Notes: generated by a model not told the origin, from the letters alone. Shown: positions 25,515 to 38,717, counted from the stretch's first letter. The stretch is DNA of 64,000 nt from Octopus sinensis (GCF_006345805.1 NC_042997.1:109678001-109742000), one strand, 5' to 3'. Program-made: numbers and translations.

Positions 25515-25960
25515 TTATGGAGCATCATCGCAATAAGGGTTTGATAAAAGGTATGGGAAGAAATCGGCGCATGGAGCGTATTTGAGAGGAAGCAGTAGTT
25601 TAGTGGAAGGAGAAACCGTTAGAATAGAAAGACTTGAGTCAAAATTAAACAATAGATTTATGATGGGGGTACTTAGGACAGTATATTGGAGAGTTTATCC
25701 TTATTAAAAACTCGGTTTTCTCTCGACTGGGGTTTGGGTGTTTATGTCGATCGTGGGATTTCGGCTGTTTGTTGGATCGTGACCGAAGAAATGGCGGTAT
25801 AGAGCGTGAAATACAAAGCTGTATCTACAGGCAACGTAACAACAATAGTCTGGAGGAATATATTGGTTCTCACAGACATGGGTCGAGTTCAAAGGTTGTT
25901 ATTGACAAATAAAGAGCACCACATCTGGCTGAATATATAAATTAATCCCAACAGGCGTCT
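25515..25960 (-). mobile_element. Probable old Penelope-like ORF remnant
   Basis: Minus-strand IQQTAEIPRST*TPKPQSRENRVF resembles the PLE linker between the RT and GIY-YIG domains. Confidence 0.35.
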
Positions 25961-26068
25961 CTGTAAAAGAATCGAAAGATTTGTATAAATATTATGAAGA
26001 TATCAAAATAGGTTATGTTTGGAAATAGACAGGAAGAATGCAAGACATAAGCAATTCTTATTCTAATG

Positions 26069-26112
<44 letters not shown>

Positions 26113-26387
26113 GTTTGATGATGGTGATGATAATGTTGGTATGTGCCTACATTTGGAGAGACAAACAAACAGTTAAATAAATTCGTAGGATTATTTCGGT
26201 TTTAGCCAGAAATAGACAAACAATTGAAGTCTCATAACGTCTACACTCAGCAGATCCCTAAATACACACAGATATAACAACAAACGGTAAATTGAAAGGA
26301 GGCTATTAATGGAAATGTCACTTGACCATTAAAGATTCTTTTTAAGCGGTAAAAGTTTTAGTTTAATGGCGGGAAGAAGAAGAAGCA

Positions 26388-26419
<32 letters not shown>

Positions 26420-26914
26420 AGAGAGAGAGGTGGTAGGGGCAGGAGCGAAAAAGATTCCCAAATAGAACGCGCTATACCGGCGACATTGTCGTCGCCAGAC
26501 GATCTTCTCTCCCTATATTTGGTAGTCACTTGTTTTGCGACTAATAATAGACACAAAATAATGTGTTCAGAGGATTTGAACTCAAAATCGATGATTATGT
26601 AGAGCAGCGATGCCCTACCCACGAGACCAGCCATCTTTTACTGACTTCCTTTTAGCAGCGATTCCCAAACTGACAAATTGCAGCACCCATCACCATCACT
26701 ACACACGCACACACACCTTCTCTGTGTGTGTGTGGTGTGTGTGTGTGTGTGTAAGCATGCAATAATGTGTCATTATATCAAGTTTATATATTTATAAAAC
26801 AGTTTAGCTTTAAACTGAATGCTTACTCAAAAGCTTTTAGTAGACAACCTGTTTATTAAACTTTTAGAAGGAAAAGGTTGACTGTGACTTCGAAGTTTCG
26901 GCTGTGTGGTAAGT

Positions 26915-27078
26915 ATAGGTGTAGGAGTGGCTGCGTGGTAAGCAGCTTGATTACGAACCACATGGTTCAGGGTTCAGTCCCACTACTTGGCACCTTAGGT
27001 AAGTATCTTCTACTATAGCCTCGGGCCGACCAAATCCTTGTGAGTGGATTTGGTAGACGGAAACTGAAAGAGGCCGTC

Positions 27079-27137
<59 letters not shown>

Positions 27138-27333
27138 CTGTGTGTTTGTCCCCCAACATCGCTTGACAACCGATGCTGGTGTGTTTACGTCCCTGTAACT
27201 TAGCGGTTCGGCAAAAGAGACCGATAAAATAAGCACTGGGCTTACAAAGAATAAGTCCTGGGGTCGATTTGCTCGAGTAAAAGGCGGTGCTCCAGCATGG
27301 CCACAGCCAAATGATTGAAACGAGTAAAAGAGA
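26915..27333 (+). mobile_element. SINE family A, full length; short duplication of the head start at 26900-26914
   Basis: Complete consensus with a long (TA)n spacer. GGCTGTGTGGTAAGT precedes the head. Confidence 0.9.
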
Positions 27334-27375
27334 ATATATATATATATATCTATATATATATATATATATATATAG

Positions 27376-27411
<36 letters not shown>

Positions 27412-28267
27412 AGCGAGATGTTGAGATTATAAGAGATAATGGTGTCATTGAGACCCAAAGGTGTCAGGTAATGCTGAATAAGTGCTATAGGCAGACCATA
27501 GTTAAGTTCCAGATTCGGTAATATTGCGAATAAAGGGTTCAACGTTGGTTCTATCTATCTATAAATGCTCTAATATCTATACAGCCTTGGGTTTTTATCT
27601 TATTACGCAAAAATTCTTAATTATATATATATGTAATTGGTAATGCATTTTCGTACTCCACTCACTGCAGTCTTTATTAATGAGAAGTCATTGTAGTTTG
27701 CAATCAGAAATTCCATTTTCCTTTGCCATCCCTAGACAAGTTGAAAGGGCGGGGGGGGGGGACGATGAGAGAAAAAAAAAACCCAAAAAGCCAAAACTGT
27801 GAATTAACCCTGCCGTTATATCGGATCTCGCACTTTTGTGTGAAACGCTGCATCAGGGTTATCTTACTTCGATAATATCAATGTCATGAATGGGACTTTT
27901 AATTAAACAAACTTTGTAGATTTCCCCCCTCCTACCATGCCTCCATAGCTGAGATATGGGAGTGGAAGTATGAAGGAAACGTTAGCGAAAGCAAAACACA
28001 CACGCACACGCATTTGTGACCTTTTACCAAATATTTGCCTCGAGCCTTTTCCTTTGTTTTTCTTGAGAATTAGTGATGGTGGTGGTGGTGGTGATGGTGG
28101 TGGAAAAGAACACCGAAGAAATATTCAGAACCATTTTTACCATTTTTACACGTCGATGTCGTTCATTCTTCCAAGTTTTTTTTAGGTTTACTAGGGATTC
28201 CATAACCATGACAGTAAAACCCTAAATAAAGGGTTCATAAACACGCATACATACAGAGCCTCTCTCC

Positions 28268-28298
<31 letters not shown>

Positions 28299-28881
28299 AT
28301 TTTCTTTCTTCCCCCTCTCTCTCTAACAAACAGATGTTTCACGTCGTTGATGCAGACTCGCATAAATTGATACGTATATCCCGATAAACCTTGTGGGGAG
28401 GGGGAGGGAATAGATTATTTCAACATACATACCCACATACATACATACGCATGTACATAGATACACACATACGTACACGCGTATACACATACACACGTGC
28501 GTGCATACTTACATACACGCAAACATGCATACATAACCCCTCCCCCCCACATTCATTAAGAAAGAACAGCTGCAGGAATACGAAGCATAATTAAGCTTGC
28601 TGCTCTATTTCCCCATTTCCTATATTAATGGCGAGCCACCATTCCATGGCAAATTCTACACATAAAACGGAAACCCCAGTCCGCCTCTGCTAAGTTTGAA
28701 TCACGTTTGAAGTCCATTTACCTAATTTATGGCGTTAATAACCTTTTAGAAAGGTATAAATAGTCTGCCTACTATCGCTACCGTTTTCTGTATAAATGGC
28801 TTAGAGCCCCTTCATCACAGAATTTGTAGGGCTCTGGCGTTTTCTGAAGTTTAGATACTTACCGTTACTTTCTGATTGGTA

Positions 28882-28912
<31 letters not shown>

Positions 28913-29037
28913 TAAGTTAACCTTGCTGTTATTTTTAGGGAATCAATAAAATGAAGAATAGATTGGCATTGGTTCGGATGTCGGCATCCCTCTCACAAAA
29001 ATGTGACACCTTGATCTAAAATGTAAGAGACCTTGAA

Positions 29038-29180
29038 CGGCGCATGCGTGGCTGTGTAGTGAGAAGCTTACTTTGCAAACTACATGGTTCCGGTTTCAGT
29101 CCTTCTGCATGGCACCTTGGACAAGTGTCTTCTACTATAGCCTTGGGCTGACCGAAACCTTCTTAGTGGATTTCGAAGAC

Positions 29181-29223
<43 letters not shown>

Positions 29224-29460
29224 CGCGTGCATGCGTGCGTGTGTGTGTGTGTATGTGTGTGTTTGTCCTTCACAGCCGCTTGACAACTGGTAATCGTTTG
29301 CTTACGTTCTTGATAACTTAGCGATACGGAAAGGAAACCGATAGAATAAGTACCAAGTTTAAAAAAGTTAGTACTGGGGTCGGGTCTTCAAGGTGGTGCC
29401 CCAGCATGGCCGGAATCTAATGACTAAAAATATGTAAAGATAAAAGAAGAATAAAAGAAG
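29038..29460 (+). mobile_element. SINE family A variant (older subfamily)
   Basis: Head, CACCTTGGACAAGTG motif, (TG)n(CG)n spacer, tail GGTGGTGCCCCAGCATGGCC. Confidence 0.85.
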
Positions 29461-29682
29461 AAATTGTAATAGAAATACCCATCAACTGGAAAGTTGAAAA
29501 ACTTTTATATATTTCGGGTGAAAAGTCCCACTTTTCGGAAGAATTCAGTCAAAGAAATGTGTACTTAGCACATTCCCCAAACTGAAACTGTCACTGCCCA
29601 ACTGGCCATGGCGGCTGTCCAAATGGCACAGTCTATGTGGACACACATTTCTTTGCTGTATTCTTCTGAAGATGCCATTTTA

Positions 29683-30017
29683 TTCTTTTACTCTTTTACT
29701 CTTTTACTTGTTTCGGTCATTTGACTGCGACCATGCTGGAGCACCGCCTTTAGTCGAGCAAATCGACCCCGAGACTTATTCTTTGTAAGCCCAGTACTTA
29801 TTCTATCGATCTCTTTTGCCGAACCGCTAAGTGACGGGGACGTAAACATACCAGCATTGGTTGTCAAGCAATGCTAGAGGGACAAACACAGACACACAAA
29901 CATATACACACGAGACTATAGCAGAAGACACTTGCCCAAGATGCCACGCAGTGGGACTGAACCCGGAACCATGTGGTTGGTTAGCAAGCTACTTACCACA
30001 CAGCCACTCCTGCGCCA
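29683..30017 (-). mobile_element. SINE family A with internal deletion adjoining the spacer
   Basis: Reverse complement of consensus with a (TTTTACTC)n tail. The segment between the spacer and ACTATAG is missing. Confidence 0.9.
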
Positions 30018-30067
30018 TTTGCTTTCGAAATATTAAAAAAATTTTCAGTCTTCCGTTCTGCAGTTTT

Positions 30068-30209
30068 AAACTGGTGCTTATTTTATCGACCCTGAAAGGA
30101 TGAAAAGCAAAGTCAACATCAGCGGAAGTTGAACGCAGAATGTGGAGACGGACGAAATGCCGCTAAGCATTTCGTCCGGCGTGCTAACGACTCTGCCAGC
30201 TCGCCGCCT
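30068..30209 (-). mobile_element. SINE family B, head plus body
   Basis: Reverse complement of GGCGGCGAGCTGGCAGAGTCGTTAGC...TTTCATCCTTTCAGGGTCGATAAAATAAG. Confidence 0.85.
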
Positions 30210-30370
30210 AGTGAGGATGATGATGATGATGATGATGTATAAAAATCTTGTTCGTAAGGGCTGAAAAACTTTACCTAACTACAAACAATCAACAAATATG
30301 AAGATGAAAAAAGAAACTGGAAGCGGGCAAGGGGCAGGGTGAGGTTGTAAGATAACAATAAATCTTTCGT

Positions 30371-30436
30371 TTTATCTTTGTCATCATTTGTTCTCCCTAT
30401 TCCAGTTTATCTTTGTCATCATTTGTTCTCCCTATT
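30371..30436. repeat. 31-bp direct duplication (period 35)
   Basis: TTTATCTTTGTCATCATTTGTTCTCCCTATT at 30371-30401 and 30406-30436. Confidence 0.85.
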
Positions 30437-30785
30437 TAAGGCATTCACTGACTTCTTAATCTATTACACAAATTTAACAATAAACTCTGGGGTCACAAGT
30501 GCAATGCCCCAGGTTCACTTCCAGTGGAAAGATTACGTGACAAGAAATCTGATATCTTGCTTTGGTCCTCCATGCCTTTTTCTCTCATTTTTGTGTTTTG
30601 TTTTTCTTTAACCGTTTTGTTTGTTTTCTTTTTTTAATTTGCCTGTGTCGAGTGTCCAAATAATTACATGTACAGAAATCTGCTCCCTCGTGCAATCAGA
30701 ACAGTTGCAGGTGCACAAATGACACGTCACGTATTATATATATATACATACGCAAACCTTTGTACGTATACACATATACATACCC

Positions 30786-30829
<44 letters not shown>

Positions 30830-30894
30830 CAGAAAGGTAGATAGATACACGTCTACATCTCTCTCTCTCTCTCTCTCTTTTTCTTACTCTGCAT

Positions 30895-30936
<42 letters not shown>

Positions 30937-31020
30937 ATATAATTGTATTTATATGAAAGAGAGGGAAACCGAAAAAATAGATAAATACATGTCTACATCT
31001 CTCTCTCTCTCTCTGCATAC

Positions 31021-31063
<43 letters not shown>

Positions 31064-31342
31064 GGCGATAGGATAACGTAATTATTTTGATTAACAGAAG
31101 ACCTTAACACTATTCTAAAAGAAATCTGCCAATTACCGCACTCGTTTTGTTGTGACATTAGGGAGAATGGTGACAGTGGTGTTAAAGGCAATGGTGCCGG
31201 GGTGGAAAATAGCTACCCATTATCTACCCGTATCTCTTACCCACATTGCCTGCATGAATGCAAAATACAAACTATATGTTTACAATGTCAGTATGCATGC
31301 AAGTATGAATGTATGTATATCTATCGAATTTACAAACACACA

Positions 31343-31740
31343 GCAGGAGTGGCTGTGTGGTAAGTAGCTTGCTAACCAACCACATGGTTCCGGGTTCAGT
31401 CCCACTGCGTGGCATCTTGGGTAAGTGTCTTCTCCTATAGCCCCTGGCCGACCAATGCCTTGTGAGTGGATTTGGTAGACGGAAACTGAAAGAAGCCTGT
31501 CGTATATATATATATATATATATATATGTGCGTGTTTGTGTGTCTGTGTTTGTCCCTCTAGCATTGCTTGACAACCGATGCTGGTGTGTTTACGTCCCCG
31601 TCACTTAGCGGTTCGGCAAAAGAGACCGATAGAATAAGTACTGGGCTTACAAAGAATAAGTCCCGGGGTCGATTTGCTCGACTAAAGGCGGTGCTCCAGC
31701 ATAGCCGCAGTCAAATGACTGAAACAAGTAAAAAAAAAAA
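31343..31740 (+). mobile_element. SINE family A, young full-length copy
   Basis: Near-consensus throughout, ending GAAACAAGT plus an A-run. Confidence 0.95.
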
Positions 31741-31809
31741 TATGCTCTCGCTCGCGCACCCCCTACACACACGTGTATTCAACTACCCCCACACTGTGTT
31801 TTCATCTAT

Positions 31810-32034
31810 GAGCTGGCAGAGTCGTTAGCGCGCCGGGCGAAATGCTTTGCGGTATTTCGTCTGCCGCTACGTTCTGAGTTCAAATTCCGCCGAGGTCGAC
31901 TTTGCCTTTCATCCTTTCGGGGTCGATAAATAAAGTACCATAAACGCACTGGGGTCGATGTAATCGACTTAATACCTATGTCTGTCCTTGTTTGTCCCCT
32001 CTGTGTTTAGCCCCTTGTGGGTAGTAAAGAAATA
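31810..32034 (+). mobile_element. SINE family B, monomer with tail 1 only
   Basis: Head and body, ending CCCCTTGTGGGTAGTAAAGAAATA with no second unit. Confidence 0.9.
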
Positions 32035-32923
32035 TATAATCCGTCGCGTTGTTCTCCATGCGTTTTCCTTTTTGTACGATTCGTTTTGTGTTACCCCAGT
32101 GTTTTTATTAAAGTGGCTTCATTCATTGCTCAAATTTGCTGTACTTTTCGTGTAGGCGTGAATGTGTGCGTGTATATATACAACCTTGAATGAATGCATT
32201 TACACATGTTCATTTATGATTTCTTTCACAAAATCATATTCACGTGTGGCTGGAATAAGCAAAAAGGCAAAAAAGAAAATGTTCATAATATGAAAATGAA
32301 TTTATTATCAAACACACACACACACACACAAACACACGTGTGCCATATTTTAATAAAGGCTTGCCGTCATAAGCACACCAGCAACCTGCTTACGTCACAA
32401 TGTACTTAGTGACACGAGTGCATAAATGTCAAGAAGCGATTGGCGTTCTGTTAGATGGCTTTCTGGTCTAACTGGCAATAATAGCACAAAGCTTGTTTCG
32501 TCACTCCCAACTTACTTCAAGCGGTGGGTTTTAAATATACAATTGTTGGCTTGTTTTCCTATTTTTATTCACACACTCACATACACACAATACAGGATGC
32601 AGCAAAAGAAATAAAAATGCCGTACTAAATTTTAAAGCTTGGCAAACGTTACAACGTCGAAAAGGTGTTGCATTCGGACCCAAGCAAAGCTAAGACAAAA
32701 TGGTAAAACATTAGCTTCAGGAAGATATCATTAATACTTGCCTAACGTCTCTAGCACCATATCAGTAGTCGTATAAAATATGGGAGGTATTTCTGCCGCA
32801 TTTTATATAATTATATTTATTTTATAATTCGCCGATATTATCCAAGTCGCATACTAGAAATTCCGATTTTGTGGAATTTTGAAGAATAAGACAAACCCTC
32901 ATCAGTATGAGATTCAACTGTGA

Positions 32924-33222
32924 GGCATCGAGCTGGCAGAATCGTTAGAAGGCCAGGCAGTATGTGTAGCGATATTTTGTTTGTGTTTACGTCCTGGATC
33001 GAGTCTGTGATGATGGACCACGAAGTGTGGCGGGTGGACTTTGTTGATGCGGCTCAGATTGGAACCCGGTCATAATAAATAATAATAAATTACGTTCTGA
33101 GTTCAAATTCCAACGAGGTCGACTTTGCCATTCAACCTTTGGATATCGATAAAATAAGTATCAGTCGAGTAATCTATCCCTTCTCCGCAATTGCTGGCCT
33201 TGTGCCAGAATTTGAACCAATA
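32924..33222 (+). mobile_element. Older SINE family B copy (tail 3) interrupted by a LINE fragment
   Basis: Head 32924-32992 and body from 33090, ending GCTGGCCTTGTGCCAGAATTTGAACC. Confidence 0.8.
32993..33089 (+). mobile_element. 97-bp RTE-like LINE 3' end with TSD
   Basis: TSD TTACGT at 32987-32992 and 33090-33095. Reads WIESVMMDHEVWRVDFVDAAQIGTRS*, followed by a (TAA)n-like tail. Confidence 0.7.
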
Positions 33223-33341
33223 TGATGCTCACCTGTGGATTGAACTTAAGACCGTTTTACCTGCAACCTTACCCTCGCCCAACTTACCTATCTCTACGAG
33301 GTGCGAACAAATTCCTAATTTTAGTAATATACTTACTGCAT

Positions 33342-33677
33342 ATTCTTTTCTACTCTTGGCACAAGGCCCGAAATTTGATGGGAGGGGCCAGTCGATTACA
33401 CCGACCCCAGTACGCAACTGATACTTATTTTATCGAACCCCGAAAAGATGAAAGGCAAAGTCGACCTCGGCGGAATTTGAACTCAGAACGTAAAGACAGA
33501 CGAAATTAAATAATCTTTTCTACTCTAGGTACAAGGCCTGAAATTTTGAGGAAGGGAGCCAGTCGGTTAAATCGACCCCAGTACGCAACTGGTGCTTAAT
33601 TTATCAACTCCGAAAGGATGAAAGGCAAAGTCGACCTCGGCGAAATTTGAACTCAGACAGTAAGGACAGACGAATAC
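33342..33677 (-). mobile_element. Tandem pair of headless SINE-B second units (tail 2)
   Basis: Units 33342-33506 and 33512-33677 each run from the tail (CTTTTCTACTCT) to GACAGACGAA. Neither has the A-box head. Confidence 0.85.
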
Positions 33678-33756
33678 TTATATATTATAATAAGAATATT
33701 TTAACGTCTACCAAACAAGTCATATCCCATAAAGACTGCATTTAGAATATTAAACA

Positions 33757-33968
33757 GGGTGGTGAGCTGACAGAACCGTTAGTACGCCGAGCAAAAGGCT
33801 TAGTGGTGTTTTGTCCGTCTTCATGTTCTGAGTTCAAATTTTGCCGAGGTTGACTTTGCCTTTCGGGGTCGATAAAAAAAGTACCATTTAAACGCTTAGG
33901 TTCGATGTAATCGATTTACCCGCCTCCCCAGATATTGCTGTCCTTGTGCTAAAATTTGAAAGCAGAAT
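33757..33968 (+). mobile_element. SINE family B monomer (tail 3)
   Basis: GGTGAGCTGACAGAACCGTTAG...GAGTTCAAATT...CCTTGTGCTAAAATTTGAAA. Confidence 0.85.
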
Positions 33969-34209
33969 TAAATGTATTAAATGATGCTCAAGGTTTAGAA
34001 ACCCGTTTCTGTCTCTCCGGGTGAGCACACTCCGGGGTGTCACCTAACAATTACTGAACATCTTATTTTTCCGAGAGATAAGTGTCGAGGTTGTCACGAT
34101 TGGAACGCTTTTGAAATATTCGTCAGTTTTGTTAGATTTTGAAGTTGCATGCACTTACATTGAGAAATCTCACTTGACACACACACATATATATATGTGC
34201 ATGTATGTT

Positions 34210-34258
<49 letters not shown>

Positions 34259-35236
34259 TTATGTTCTGTTTGAAGCACGCGCGCGAGTGTCTGCTTGCGT
34301 GTATATATATGTAGGCGTGAATGTATATATATATGCGTGTGTGTGTGTGTGCGTGCGATGCATGCACGTGTATAGATTTATAAATGTCTGTGTGTCGCCG
34401 TATAATTATATGTTAATATTCGTTGGGCACGCTTTTGCTGTCACGTGTAAACATGTATATCGACAATTAAATTCTATACATATACGCTCATATATATTAT
34501 ATATATTATATATACATTCTGTAGCTGCGTACGCGCTAACGCACGCCTACAAACAGGGACGAACGCTCGCACTAACGCACTCCCACCCTCCCACCGCACG
34601 CATCGCCACTTGTGCGCGTATATAATTATATTTCACAAGAAGAAACACAATTTCTTCTCTGGAATCAGGGAAGAATGGTTTGCCAATTTCTGAGAATATC
34701 AGCTTAATTAAAGAATTTCGATTGAGGTTAAAACGATTCCACTCTGTTCTTTCACCTCCCCGTGACCTCTTTTCTCCATGTAGAAGCCATGGCTTTCCTT
34801 ACCAATATATTTCTTTAATTGCTTCTTCAAGAACTCTCCAGGTCTCTCTTAAAGATTCTTGTATTACCAATAAGAATCCTAATCTGAAGTGCTGTCATTT
34901 TCCAAATCCACAAATTATACAACAATTAGACATGATCTTTAAAATATTCTGTTACGTTTTTTTTTTTTTTACCATTAAATTTACCATAAAAGGCAAATTA
35001 CTCTCTCCTACAGTCAGGAACATTCTAAGTTGCCATTCTAGCCGAGTTGTCTGTGTCACAGATTTTCTCTCTCTGCTACTGTCTCGCAGTACAAAATTTA
35101 TTTTGAAAATTTTTTAAACATACACATTACTTTGTGTGTTTGTGTGTGTGATATGAAAAAGTTCTTGGCTGAAATGCCAAAGGAACGCCTTTCCGGTGGG
35201 AAACTTAAAGTATAGGATAATTGAACCAAATTTGAT

Positions 35237-35424
35237 GGTTTCAAACCTCGGCACGAGGCCAGCAACTTTTAAGGGTATGCATAAAACGACCGTTAAACCT
35301 CGTACTTGACTGGTACTTTATTTTATCGATCCTGTAAGGATGACAAGCAGAGATAATTTGGGCGAGATTTAGAATGCAAAGACTCCCCAAGAAATTCGTT
35401 CGCCACACTAACAATTCCGAAAGG
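35237..35424 (-). mobile_element. Old, diverged SINE family B copy
   Basis: GACTGGTACTTTATTTTATCGATCCTGTAAGGATGA body and a tail-3-like GGTTTCAAA..GGCACGAGGCCAGC. Confidence 0.6.
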
Positions 35425-35437
35425 TGATAATAATAGT

Positions 35438-35828
35438 AATCCTTTCTACTATAGGCACAAGACCTGAAATTTGTGGGGAGGGGACTGGTCGAATACATCG
35501 AAGCCCAGTGTTTCAGTGGTACTTACTTTATCAACCCTGAAAAGTAAAGTCCACGTCTGCGGAATTTGAATTCAGAACTTAGCGGCGGCCAAAAAACCTA
35601 TTTCTTTACTACCCACAAGGGGCTAAACACAGAGAGGACAAACAAGAACAGAGGAAACGGATTAAGTCGATTACATCGACCCCAGTGCGTAACTGGTACT
35701 TAATTAATCGACCCCGAAAGAATGAAAGGCAAAGTCGACCTTGGCGGAATTTGAGCTCAGAACGTAACGGCAGACGAAATACCGTTAAGCATTTCGCCCG
35801 GCGCGCTAACGTGTCTGCCAGCTCGACC
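35438..35828 (-). mobile_element. SINE family B, dimeric form
   Basis: Reverse complement of the dimer, with junction ACCTATTTCTTTAC at ~35597-35610. Confidence 0.9.
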
Positions 35829-36459
35829 TATTCAGTTAATTTGATGGAGTTAATCCAGATATCCTTTCACGTTATAAGCTTTAATCTCGCTCACAATTTA
35901 TGTATGACATTCCCAGTTCCATGGATCTTCGCTGGATCCACAAATATTGTCGAGATACAAAGCGAAAATAGTTTAGGAAGATGGAATGAAAACTAAACTA
36001 AATCAAATATAGAATAAATCTAAAAGAAACGAGATTGTTTTGGTTGAACTCCAACTTGTAACAACTGTGTTAGTAAATGTTGACATTTTAGAATGTTTTA
36101 GCGAACAGCGGCGAATTGTGTTCAGCTCCGTCTTTCACGTAATTGTGGTATTGAACAGAGTTCATTGTGGCTTCGACCTTTAATCGAAGCCCACCCGCAC
36201 CCCCAGCTCTTATTCGCCAAAAGAACAGAATTTCATTGGAAACATACTCTTCTCAGTTTTTTTTCTTTTTAAACAATTATACAAAAATATACCAAAAGGT
36301 AAATTGCTTCGGTATTTTCTCCTCCTTGTGTGTCTATGAGTGTAATGTATGTGTGTGTGCATGGTTCAGCACTTGTTCAGTAGATGCTGCAATCACACAC
36401 ATGTATACATTATAATGTGTGTGTGTATACACAGATATAGTCAGTGTATGTATGCGCGC

Positions 36460-36518
<59 letters not shown>

Positions 36519-36571
36519 AATACACACTATAATGTGCGTGTGTGAATGTTGTTTAGCCTCTAGTCTATCCT

Positions 36572-36745
36572 GATTGGATAGACCTAAGATGAAAGGTGTT
36601 CCAGTCGTGACATTCCAGTTTTATTTTCGTATAAGACATCTTACGACAATATTGTCCAACACGCCCTGCTTTGTTTCAGATCATAAGCTGTGATTGTTGA
36701 AAGCAATTTGGCTATTATATCTACTATATCAAGCGGCCACTCTGA
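36572..36745 (+). mobile_element. Degenerate 'family F' repeat fragment
   Basis: Shares TTCCAG..GTGAC and ATTTGGCT..TATT motifs with 444-575 (reverse), ~16710 and ~20470. Confidence 0.35.
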
Positions 36746-37127
36746 GGCGATCCACTTAGGCTCGCAGGGGTCATGTCGACACCTTTACGTAACCCAACGT
36801 ACCCTACTGATAGGAATGTCAGGGATATTCCTATCTCTAAAAATGGTAAAGGAATGACGGCGACTTCATCTTAATACCTTCTGGTAATTGCAAACATTTT
36901 TTAGTGATTCTTTTACACTCTCGGAAACAAACTTTCCGTGGCCGGAATTACCATTCACCCTTCTTGGGTCAGTGAAACACACTTTTCCCACGCCACAGGC
37001 AACTGTGACATGGCTTTGTGCCAATGAAGCACTCTTAGCTCTTACTTCAATATATCCGAGACCTATACGTTTACTGGCCTTTTTCATTCGCTGAGTTACA
37101 CAACATGCATTCAGCCTCGAAAATTAC

Positions 37128-37195
37128 CTTCGTTCACATGACTGCTTGGTTGGTCTTGCTGCTTTGAATCTTGGTTTCGGCTTTTGATCAATCCA
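37128..37195 (-). CDS. Candidate 68-nt internal exon of an unidentified minus-strand gene
   Basis: C-rich tract ending CTCCAG, then 68 nt, then AAG|GTAATT. Two frames are open (GLIKSRNQDSKQQDQPSSHVNE or WIDQKPKPRFKAARPTKQSCER). No homology recognised. Confidence 0.25.
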
Positions 37196-37413
37196 CTGGA
37201 GTGCAAGAGGCGGCGGCGGCGGTGGTGGTGGTGGGTGGTGGTAGTGGTAGTAGAAGCGGAAGAGGATAGGTAGGAGAGTGTGAGAGGAAATAGATATAAT
37301 ACCTTTATTGGAATCTAATATAGTCAATGTATGATGATGTAATTTAATATTGAGAGTAAAGAACATCCATAAATCCATACATAGGCCAACATACACACAC
37401 ACACACACATACA

Positions 37414-37447
<34 letters not shown>

Positions 37448-37806
37448 CATACATACATAATATCATACGTACATGCATCGTTATGAAGTCTACCTTCTCT
37501 TCCTCAACGCACATACACACGTTATATGAATGGCGTGTGTGTATGTGTATATATATATATATATATGTATTCTTTAATTGCTATACCCAGAGGCGGTAGT
37601 ATGACCTGGAGACTCTCCAAGCCACTCCGGTGACCTTTCTCGGCTCACTTGCTATTATCTTTCCAGATCCATACACGCACGTCGTTATGTATTGTGTGTG
37701 TGTGGATATATGTGGCATTAGGAAAAGAATTATATCTACATACGAATGCAAAATTTCTAATTTACTTTATATACGGACATGGATATAAAAAAAAATATAC
37801 TTTTGT

Positions 37807-37835
<29 letters not shown>

Positions 37836-37839
<4 letters not shown>

Positions 37840-38046
37840 CTATGTATATACCTATGTATATATTGGACATACACAAACAGAGGCGTATTATGAAGATTTG
37901 TTTGGCATATACCAGTATTTTTCTTAAAATACAGATTAATTATCATTTATTCAGAAAGTTTTAACACAATCATCAAAATCAATTGTATTGATAATGTTTG
38001 GATAATCAATAAGACGGCTAAGGTTGAATATTGCACACACAACACA

Positions 38047-38084
<38 letters not shown>

Positions 38085-38531
38085 CGGGCGCGCATTCATA
38101 CATTCTATCTATCTATCTATCTATCTGTCTGTCTGTCTGTCTGTCTGTCTGTACGTCTGTCTGTACGTCTGTCTGTCTGTGCATCTCTCTCTCTCTCTAT
38201 CTGTCTGTCCATCTCTCACTCTATCTATCTATCCATCCATCTCCTCTCTCTCTCTCTCTCTCTCCCTGTCTACTTACCTATCTTTGTATGTCTCTGACTG
38301 TCTGTCTGTGTGTCTCTCTCTGTCTATCTATTTCTGCATACGTTATCCATACACAACAGTCACTCTGCCCTCTCTCTCTTTTTCTCTCTCTCTCTCCTCA
38401 CGCTCACACATACACAGATAAACATGCACACACACACGCGCTTAGCTCTTAGAGTTTACATGTAAAACTTTACAATCAGAAGTTGAAGGTAAAATCGGAT
38501 GAGACACAAGTGAACTACAATGCACGCACAC

Positions 38532-38562
<31 letters not shown>

Positions 38563-38717
38563 TACCCACACAAAAGAACCCAGCCTAGAAGCTTGTAAAC
38601 TCTAAGCTGGCTGCAGCAAATATATTAAAAGATTTGGCTGCGTATATAAGCAATCACTTAGCAACGCACATAGAGAGAGATAAGCACATACCTGTACATA
38701 CGTGTATGTATACACCC

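Noticed and set aside
34680-35117. 145-aa non-microsatellite ORF
   Set aside because: No recognisable domain. It starts at a non-ATG codon and has a pyrimidine-biased composition typical of the antisense strand of decayed LINE sequence.
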